Shown here piece by piece: positions 16,087-22,321 of a stretch of 24,000 bases of DNA (the stretch's first letter is position 1; every line of letters begins with the position of its first letter). The stretch is from contig CAZYLT010000004.1 in NCBI GenBank assembly GCA_964648855.1, positions 19,190 to 43,189 of the forward strand, given 5' to 3'. A model generated the notes under the pieces. It was not told the origin of the DNA, made no database searches, and saw only the letters and a list, made by a program, of their open reading frames with translations. The position numbers and the translations under genes are program-made. Source of the stretch: an uncultured archaeon. GTDB lineage: Archaea; Asgardarchaeota; Thorarchaeia; Thorarchaeales; Thorarchaeaceae.

Positions 16087-16094
16087 TCTATAAC
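16087..16094 (+). promoter_or_regulatory. TATA-like box (TCTATAAC) about 28 nt upstream of tRNA-Thr
   Basis: Judged from spacing to the tRNA 5' end at 16119. Confidence 0.3.
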
Positions 16095-16118
16095 AAATAC
16101 CATGGGGAGAGCAATTGT

Positions 16119-16214
16119 GCCCCAGTAGCAAAGCGGCCTACTGCTTATGCAGGTCGAAACTGCGCCTGACTTGTAATCAGGAGATCGCGAGTTCAACTCT
16201 CGCCTGGGGCTCCA
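16119..16214 (+). tRNA. tRNA-Thr(UGU) with a ~19-nt non-canonical intron at the 3' side of the D-arm; CCA encoded
   Basis: Acceptor GCCCCAG/CTGGGGC. D-arm GCAA-AGCGGCCTA-CTGC, then extra TTATGCAGGTCGAAACTGC-like sequence before G26. The exact junction is ambiguous because CTGC is duplicated. Anticodon stem CCTGA/TCAGG. TGT at 16172-74. T-arm GCGAG-TTCAACT-CTCGC. Ends in TCCA. Confidence 0.83.
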
Positions 16215-16371
16215 TCTACTTTGTTTTGTGGATTACTCATCGGAGTGCTGTAATACTACTATTACAGAAGGAGAGTAGAAAGTGGGATATGCATATGGTT
16301 GAGGCTCTGATGCAAAAGGGGATGAACGTTAAGGATATCCTTAAATCGATACTGTAGAAAGTGAGGTCGAG

Positions 16372-17583
16372 GTGCATCGATTGCCTGGTAGTACTGACGC
16401 AAAAGAAGATGGTGGCGTCGAGGACTCTTCATATTCACAGAGCTATGCTCGACATTTGGAGAGACGTCTCAGAGCACTGGAAACGGAAAAACAAATTCTC
16501 CATGCTGAATGCAGTAGGCTTGAGAAGGAAACCCAGACTCTTAGGACGGAATTGGAGAAGTTAAGGCAATCGCCATTGATTACGGCTACAATTGTTGAAA
16601 TGCTTGAAGACGGTCGAGCAATTGTGAAGAGCTCAACTGGACCCAATTTTGTTGTCCATGTTTCATCTTCTATATCGAGTGACAAACTACAATCTGGAAT
16701 GCGTGTTGCACTCAATCAAAGATCTTTTGCAGTAACACAAGAACTCCCTCCATCTAGAGACCCACTCATTCGTGCAATGGAGATTGAGGAAAAGCCTCAG
16801 GTTTCATATGCAGACATAGGTGGATTAGAGGAACAACTTACAGAGATACAAGAAACTGTTGAGTATCCTCTACTAAAACCGGAGTTGTTTGAACAAATCG
16901 GAATTGAACCTCCTAGAGGGGTTCTACTTACAGGCCCACCCGGAACAGGTAAGACCTTGAGCGCCAGAGCGGTTGCACATCAAACAAACGCGACATTCAT
17001 TCGTGTTATTGGATCAGAGCTTGTTCAGAAGTTCATTGGAGAGGGTGCTCGTTTGGTACGGGAGATATTCATGCTGGCCAAAGAGAAATCACCAGCAATA
17101 GTCTTCATTGATGAGCTTGATGCTGTAGGTTCGCAAAGGTTGGATATTGCAACATCTGGAGACCGAGAAGTTCAGAGAACCTTAATGCAGCTTTTGAGCG
17201 AGTTAGATGGTTTCGAAAGCCGAGGACAGGTAGCAATTTTGGGTGCTACAAACAGACCGGATATTTTAGATCCGGCCTTACTCCGCCCCGGACGATTTGA
17301 CAGAATCATAGACTTTCCAAAGCCTGACGAAAAAGGTAGAAAAGAAATATTCAAGATTCATACGAGGCCATTATCTGTAGATTCTGATGTTGATTACAAT
17401 CAGCTTGTTTCTGCAACTCGTGGAACTACCGGAGCTGACTTGAAAGCAATTGTCACTGAGGCAGGAATGTTTGCAATTCGAGCTGAACGAGGATACGTGA
17501 CTCAGACTGATTTTAGGATGGCAATAGAGAAAGTTAGAAATCGAGGAAGAGCTAACGAAATTAAGTCCAACATGTACGGCTAA
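16372..17583 (+). CDS. pan: Proteasome-activating nucleotidase (AAA+ ATPase)
   Basis: 403 aa. N-terminal coiled coil ([36 protein letters not shown]). OB region. Walker A GPPGTGKT. Walker B IVFIDELD. Second region of homology. C-terminal M-Y-G fits the HbYX motif. GTG start with GAGGT 4 nt upstream. Confidence 0.93.
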   Translation: MHRLPGSTDAKEDGGVEDSSYSQSYARHLERRLRALETEKQILHAECSRLEKETQTLRTELEKLRQSPLITATIVEMLEDGRAIVKSSTGPNFVVHVSSSISSDKLQSGMRVALNQRSFAVTQELPPSRDPLIRAMEIEEKPQVSYADIGGLEEQLTEIQETVEYPLLKPELFEQIGIEPPRGVLLTGPPGTGKTLSARAVAHQTNATFIRVIGSELVQKFIGEGARLVREIFMLAKEKSPAIVFIDELDAVGSQRLDIATSGDREVQRTLMQLLSELDGFESRGQVAILGATNRPDILDPALLRPGRFDRIIDFPKPDEKGRKEIFKIHTRPLSVDSDVDYNQLVSATRGTTGADLKAIVTEAGMFAIRAERGYVTQTDFRMAIEKVRNRGRANEIKSNMYG

Positions 17584-17619
17584 AATCCGTAATCATTTTA
17601 CCTGCATGAAGTTGACACC

Positions 17620-18441
17620 ATGAAATATCATGATTTCTTAGTGAAGGAGATTGGGAATTCTATAGAGGACGTTTCTAAGATTCCAAAAGGGTATCAATTA
17701 ATCGGCCATGTGGTGCTACTGAATATTGACTCGGACGTGATGTCTTTGGCAGAGGTTATTGGAGATTTGACATTGACATTTGAATCTAGAGCTGAATCTG
17801 TTGCAGTAAGAATGGGACCAACATATGGTCCAAAGAGGATTCCCAATTACAGGCTAGTGGCAGGTAGCAGGAACACGACAACAACTCATATTGAGAATGG
17901 GATAAGATTCAAGCTCGATCCGTTGCGAATCACATTTTCTCGGGGCAACGTGAATGAGAGGATTCTTCTCCCTGAGCAAGTGAGTTCAAAAGAATATGTT
18001 GTTGACATGTTTGCTTGCGTTGGTCAGTTTTCATTGCCGATGGCTGTTCATTCTGGAGCAGAGGTCTTAGCGATTGAGATTAATGACTTGGCATATGATT
18101 TCCTATGCCAAAACATGAGGATGAATGAGGTCCATGCGAACATGAAGGCAGTATTGGGGGACTGCAGAGATGTACCCTTTGGCAATGCCAATAGAATTGT
18201 GATGGGATATCTACATGACACGATTGATTTTCTACCCCACGCACTGCGTGGGTTGCAATCACAAGGAGGAATTATTCATATGCACAGCTTGGTCTATGCT
18301 AATGCTGAGGACGAAATTCGTAATACAATTATTACGACATCATCGGAGTTTGGATTCATAGCAGAAATTTCATCTAGGTTAATTAAGAAGTATTCACCAG
18401 GGGTTTACCATAGGGTCTTTGATATCAAACTTTTTTCCTAA
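17620..18441 (+). CDS. Trm5/Taw2-family class I tRNA-modifying enzyme, more likely Taw2 (wyosine-pathway acp transferase)
   Basis: 273 aa. VVDMFACVGQFSLPMA is the SAM motif. RIVMGYLHDTIDFLPHAL carries the GY-type motif I recall for Taw2/TYW2, rather than the NLP motif of Trm5. The length also fits Taw2. Confidence 0.72.
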   Translation: MKYHDFLVKEIGNSIEDVSKIPKGYQLIGHVVLLNIDSDVMSLAEVIGDLTLTFESRAESVAVRMGPTYGPKRIPNYRLVAGSRNTTTTHIENGIRFKLDPLRITFSRGNVNERILLPEQVSSKEYVVDMFACVGQFSLPMAVHSGAEVLAIEINDLAYDFLCQNMRMNEVHANMKAVLGDCRDVPFGNANRIVMGYLHDTIDFLPHALRGLQSQGGIIHMHSLVYANAEDEIRNTIITTSSEFGFIAEISSRLIKKYSPGVYHRVFDIKLFS

Positions 18442-18523
18442 CAGATAACGTAATTGTTTTATCGCTTGATAGAAATGGACATAGTGTAGTATCTGAATAT
18501 GAACAGATTATGAGGAAAAAACA

Positions 18524-18901
18524 ATGGGTTTCAGAGGATTATCACCTAAGCAACTTGCTAGAATGATGAAGAAGATGGGTATAGAGCAAAAGGACATTGA
18601 TGGAGTAAACGAGGTGATTATTCGATTTTCTGACAAGGAATGGGTGATAGAGAATCCGCAAGTAGCCCTTGTAAAACAAGCTGGCAATGAATCGTATCAA
18701 GTCAGCGGCTCGAAAACTGAAAGAAGCATTACAAAGGGTGGCAAGGCAGCTCCGATTGAAGAAAAGAAAGTCGAAATACCTATGGAAGATGCTGCACTCG
18801 TTGCTGATCAAACTGGAACAGATATTCAAACCGCTAAGCAAACTCTTGAGGAAACAAAAGGTGATTTGGCTGCGGCCATATTAAAATTGAGAAAAAGCTA
18901 A
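18524..18901 (+). CDS. nac: Nascent polypeptide-associated complex protein (archaeal NAC-alpha, NAC plus UBA domains)
   Basis: 125 aa. MMKKMGIEQKDIDGVNEVIIRF...VIENPQVALV is the NAC domain. The C-terminal EDAALVADQTGTDIQTAKQTLEETKGDLAAAILKL is UBA-like. GAGGA lies about 8 nt upstream. Confidence 0.88.
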   Translation: MGFRGLSPKQLARMMKKMGIEQKDIDGVNEVIIRFSDKEWVIENPQVALVKQAGNESYQVSGSKTERSITKGGKAAPIEEKKVEIPMEDAALVADQTGTDIQTAKQTLEETKGDLAAAILKLRKS

Positions 18902-18944
18902 GCAGATTCCTCTTCTTGCATACGGTACCTCGTTCCGCAATCTC

Positions 18945-18951
18945 TTTTTTT
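18945..18951 (+). terminator. T7 tract 44 nt downstream of nac
   Basis: The sequence is CTCTTTTTTTG. It fits an archaeal oligo-T terminator. Confidence 0.35.
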
Positions 18952-19004
18952 GAATCGAAGATGTTCCAGGCTTGTGGCCTTTGTTCCAAGCAGGATTCGC
19001 TCAT

Positions 19005-19019
19005 AGTTTTCAATTTGTA
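19005..19019. promoter_or_regulatory. Long-spacer variant of the TTGTA/TACAA inverted repeat (TTGTA-TAAAT-TACAA)
   Basis: Seen directly. It lies in the intergenic region between nac and the 3' end of the small membrane-protein gene. Confidence 0.25.
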
Positions 19020-19077
19020 TAAATTACAACTTGCTGAGGCAAATGCTCGAGATGTATGAAGTCCTAAAACTATTATG

Positions 19078-19356
19078 TTAAGAAACGATGAAAACTAAGG
19101 CTGCAATGAGCACGACAAATATGCATATTGCAAGCCACTCTTGCACATATTTCTTTACTGCCTTTGGTTTGTCTTTAATCTGGCCAGTTGTGATGAGAGT
19201 CATTGCAGATATGAACAGAAACGCGAATGGAAGAGCAGCAACAGAGTTAGTAAGAGGAGTATCTAGAAGAAATATTATCCCCACAAGCGCGCCAAAAATA
19301 AGGAAAGTCAAAATCATCATTGAATTAAGGACTCGTCGAATTCTATCTAGATTCAT
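19078..19356 (-). CDS. Small hypothetical membrane protein (three predicted TM helices)
   Basis: 92 aa with three hydrophobic stretches: MMILTFLIFGALVGIIFLL, VAALPFAFLFISAMTLITTG and WLAICIFVVLIAALVFIV. GAGGAGATC lies 7 nt upstream of the ATG. The overlapping + strand ORF looks non-protein-like. Confidence 0.55.
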   Translation of the reverse strand: MNLDRIRRVLNSMMILTFLIFGALVGIIFLLDTPLTNSVAALPFAFLFISAMTLITTGQIKDKPKAVKKYVQEWLAICIFVVLIAALVFIVS

Positions 19357-19505
19357 TCTTTTGATCTCCTCAAGGGATGAATACAGGTTTCTGTCCCCGG
19401 TAACTCTCTCGCAGTTTGCAATTGCTCAAAAAGGTTCCGTATCGTTAAAGCATGCACAAGAGCTGATTTCTCTCGCAATATTTATGTAGGAAGAAACATG
19501 AGATG

Positions 19506-19535
19506 TTGTAATACAAACACTACTTGTGATACAAA
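19506..19535. promoter_or_regulatory. Two tandem palindromic boxes (TTGTAATACAA 19506-16 and TTGTGATACAA 19524-34) between a TATA-like element and the ATPase start
   Basis: The TATA-like AATATTTAT sits at 19477-85. The box starts are 18 nt apart. The ATG is at 19548. The same box occurs at 20825, 22283 and 23611. Confidence 0.45.
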
Positions 19536-19547
19536 GGAATTGAAACA

Positions 19548-20522
19548 ATGACAATTGCAGTTCACGAATCCGCTCTGATTCGTCATTTCAATACTCGAAA
19601 AGAAACGTTGCGTGCGTGGGAGGAGAAGATTGGTGCAAGATTTTCTCCATTCCGAGGATTCAAAATGCCGGACTCAAGGCTCTATGTGGAACACCCTGAT
19701 TTTCTTGACAGTATTGTGGATCTAATAATAACCAATGAACGTCATATTTTCCTTAGAGGTCCTGTTGGTTCGGGAAAAAGTACTCTGATGCTGTTGGCAT
19801 TGAGAGACCTTCCCACACTGGCTGATAGAAGAGGAAATAAATTCGTCACAGGTTACGTTGGAATGACAGGTCTTTATGAGAAACAAATGGCGGCAGCCAT
19901 TGCCGACTCATTGAGAATCAAATATAGACGATCGTGGGAGTCTTCTCAAATTATAGAAACTGTTGCAAAAGAGTGTGTACGGCGCTATATAGAGGAACAA
20001 AGCAGAACTGCTCTTTTCATCGAGGATGTTGCAGATAACCAAGAGGCTGCTTTTCATAAGCTAAGATACCTTGCTGATCTTCCAACAGAAGAAATGAAGG
20101 ATGAATATCCTAGGGCATTAGACGAGCCAATAGTCACACTGGTAATGAGTGGAACTGCAGAGTACTGGAATGCGATGCTGAATTTTCTACCTCAAATAGC
20201 TGACAGAACTGAACCTCTGGATATTCCGAAGCTGGAAGATAGAAAGGCAAGAGAATTCATCGGAAGGAGAATAGCCTATGCTAAAGGGAAAATCGATAGC
20301 TTTGACCATACAGATTTTGAGGTGTACCCTTTCCATGAGAAAGCTATCGAAGTGATTAACGATGCAGCAGGAGGTAATCCACGAGACATTCGCATGTTGG
20401 CTAGAGGTTGTCAACAGGTTGCAGCTGAAAATCTTCGAGAAAGTGGTAGTCCTGAAATTAACGTGGAAATCGCTCGATTAGTGTCAGAAGCGTATGCAAG
20501 TATACTGAAGGAGGTAAGATAA
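19548..20522 (+). CDS. AAA+ P-loop ATPase (AAA_22/ExeA/ORC-Cdc6-like core, no winged helix)
   Basis: 324 aa. Walker A FLRGPVGSGKSTLM. Walker B ALFIEDVAD. Sensor-1-like VTLVMSGT. Lid-domain pattern EPLDIPKLEDRKAREFIGRRI...FHEKAIEVINDAAGGNPRDIRMLARG (sensor-2 Arg). Confidence 0.75.
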   Translation: MTIAVHESALIRHFNTRKETLRAWEEKIGARFSPFRGFKMPDSRLYVEHPDFLDSIVDLIITNERHIFLRGPVGSGKSTLMLLALRDLPTLADRRGNKFVTGYVGMTGLYEKQMAAAIADSLRIKYRRSWESSQIIETVAKECVRRYIEEQSRTALFIEDVADNQEAAFHKLRYLADLPTEEMKDEYPRALDEPIVTLVMSGTAEYWNAMLNFLPQIADRTEPLDIPKLEDRKAREFIGRRIAYAKGKIDSFDHTDFEVYPFHEKAIEVINDAAGGNPRDIRMLARGCQQVAAENLRESGSPEINVEIARLVSEAYASILKEVR

Positions 20523-20816
20523 TTGAGTCTCTTAGGAAAATATAGGAAAGAAGAGGAGAAACGGGATAAGGACACAGAAGAAGAATCTGTGGAGCCCCCT
20601 GCTGAAGAAGCTGAGGAAAAAGGAGGCGTTGCCGTTCCAAACAAAGAAAGGAATAGTCCGATAATGTCCTTTAGCGTTAGTACAGATCTGAGGTCCTGCC
20701 TCCAAGCTGTAAGAACAGAACGGGCAATTAATCTGAGTATGTGGGTCGAACGCAAGCTAAGAGATGCAGTTCAGCAAGAGTTTCCAAATATCGCCGGAAT
20801 TCATCTCGAAGGCTAA
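20523..20816 (+). CDS. Putative ribbon-helix-helix DNA-binding protein with an acidic disordered N-terminus
   Basis: 97 aa. The TTG start abuts the ATPase stop (TAATTG), with GGAGGT 8 nt upstream. The C-terminal MSFSVSTDLRSCLQAVRTERAINLSMWVERKLRDAV fits a beta-strand/helix/helix pattern of the CopG/Arc type. Confidence 0.6.
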   Translation: MSLLGKYRKEEEKRDKDTEEESVEPPAEEAEEKGGVAVPNKERNSPIMSFSVSTDLRSCLQAVRTERAINLSMWVERKLRDAVQQEFPNIAGIHLEG

Positions 20817-20824
20817 AGCAATAA

Positions 20825-20835
20825 TTGTATTACAG
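20825..20835. promoter_or_regulatory. TTGTATTACAg box copy (one arm mismatch) in the convergent gap between the RHH gene and acdA
   Basis: Seen directly. It sits 9 nt after the RHH stop and 9 nt beyond the acdA stop. Confidence 0.3.
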
Positions 20836-20843
20836 GCTTTCAG

Positions 20844-22232
20844 CTACCTCGCTTTATAGAGTGAATATGAAGTGACTCGTTCCATGCATAACGCGGCAAG
20901 TGAAGGATCGTCATAACAAGGAATTCGATTCATCTCAAGCAAATCCTTTCCAGGTTTACCTACATCTCCTGAAAGCCAAACACCAACAACAGGTTTGTTA
21001 TTGTTTGCAGTCCTAATCCCCTCCAAGGTACCAGCCGCATGCTCTGTTTGAGTCATTCCTGCAAAAGTCGGGACTCCACAGATTACCAAGAGCATGTCAA
21101 CATTGTTATCTTCCAGCATTAGCTTTGTTGCTACTTTGTATTCTCTCCTTCCTCCACTTGCTACGACATCAACAGGATTTTCAACGGATGCCATTGGTGA
21201 CATTGCTTGTTTCATTTCTTTCGTTGTGGATTCTTCAAGTGTAGGTATCTCGAGCCCCAACGCAGAAGCGGCATCGGTTGCTAATACTGCAGCACCACCT
21301 GTATTACTAATAATACCAATATTACGACCTTGTGGCAGAGGTTGATAGTCAAATAATTTGCATATTTCCAAGAAAGAGTCAAAAGTTGGTGCTGAAACGC
21401 AACCGGCCTGCTTGATTACCCCATCAAATAATTGAGGAGATCCGGCCAGAGACCCTGTATGACTTAGGGTTGCTCTGCTTCCCGCTTCGCTTTTTCCACC
21501 CTTGAGAATGACAACTGGTTTCTTGCTCGATACAAGTTTCAGGGACTCATAAAGAGCACGGCCGTGTTCAACACCCTCTACATATACAGCGATAACAGAC
21601 GATTTTGGGTCCTTGCTGAAATAGTCAAGTAGCTCAATGAATTCAACATCGGCTGCATTTCCAATACTTGCGAATTTGCTCATCCCTATTCGTTTTGCCC
21701 GTGTTGTATATATCAGCATCCCGCCAAGGGCCCCACTCTGAGAAATTAGAGCAATATTGCCTCTCTCCGGCATCATCGTAAATGTGCCATTAAAGAGACG
21801 ACTGTTGGAAACACCAACGCAATTCGGACCAATGATGCGTACTTCATGCTTCTTGGCTTCTTCCACAAGATACTCTTCCAGATTTTTTCCTTCCACACCG
21901 GTTTCACTGAAACCTCCAGAGATAATTACGGCATTGCGAGCACCCGCTTGTTTCACATCTTCCATTAAATTGGGGCAATATTTGGCTGCAACGGCAATGA
22001 TGACGAGGTCAACTTTCTTAGGTAAATCTATGAGACTAGGATATGCCTTTACCCCCAGAACCTGAGTTCTACTGCGAGTTACAGGATAAACTTCTACCTC
22101 CGATGCAAGTAGGTTCATGAGAATTGAGTTTCCTAATTTTCTGTAATCAGCAGAAGCTCCGACCAAGGCAACTCTATTTGGATTGAAGAATTTGTCAATC
22201 TGTATTGCATTGGAATCTAATGTATCGCTCAT
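20844..22232 (-). CDS. acdA: ADP-forming acetyl-CoA synthetase, alpha subunit (CoA-binding / succinyl-CoA-synthetase-like)
   Basis: 462 aa. FFNPNRVALVGASADYRKLGN is the CoA-binding part. Also GPNCVG, SQSGALG and LSHTGSLAG (phosphohistidine loop). No beta (ATP-grasp) subunit lies adjacent. Confidence 0.87.
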   Translation of the reverse strand: MSDTLDSNAIQIDKFFNPNRVALVGASADYRKLGNSILMNLLASEVEVYPVTRSRTQVLGVKAYPSLIDLPKKVDLVIIAVAAKYCPNLMEDVKQAGARNAVIISGGFSETGVEGKNLEEYLVEEAKKHEVRIIGPNCVGVSNSRLFNGTFTMMPERGNIALISQSGALGGMLIYTTRAKRIGMSKFASIGNAADVEFIELLDYFSKDPKSSVIAVYVEGVEHGRALYESLKLVSSKKPVVILKGGKSEAGSRATLSHTGSLAGSPQLFDGVIKQAGCVSAPTFDSFLEICKLFDYQPLPQGRNIGIISNTGGAAVLATDAASALGLEIPTLEESTTKEMKQAMSPMASVENPVDVVASGGRREYKVATKLMLEDNNVDMLLVICGVPTFAGMTQTEHAAGTLEGIRTANNNKPVVGVWLSGDVGKPGKDLLEMNRIPCYDDPSLAALCMERVTSYSLYKAR

Positions 22233-22282
22233 GGGAGTGGTTCACTGCCGCCACAGTTTTAATTCTGTTGTGGTTTTAAGAA

Positions 22283-22298
22283 TGTATTACAAATAATA
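22283..22298. promoter_or_regulatory. Box TGTATTACAAATAATA abutting the acdA TATA element (ATATATAT, 22301-22309)
   Basis: This 16-mer is identical to 23619-23634. It lies between the TATA element and the expected TSS of the minus-strand acdA gene. Confidence 0.45.
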
Positions 22299-22321
22299 CA
22301 ATATATATTCCATTAACCTGG

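Noticed and set aside
16115-16564. ORFs 16115..16357 and 16361..16564
   Set aside because: The first begins inside tRNA-Thr. The second is an out-of-frame overlap of the pan N-terminus. Only the short distal part, 16289..16357, is kept as a low-interest uORF idea.
19088-19489. 133-aa + strand ORF overlapping the small membrane-protein gene
   Set aside because: Its sequence looks non-protein-like and it has no SD. The minus-strand alternative has three clean TM helices and a GAGGAGATC ribosome-binding site.
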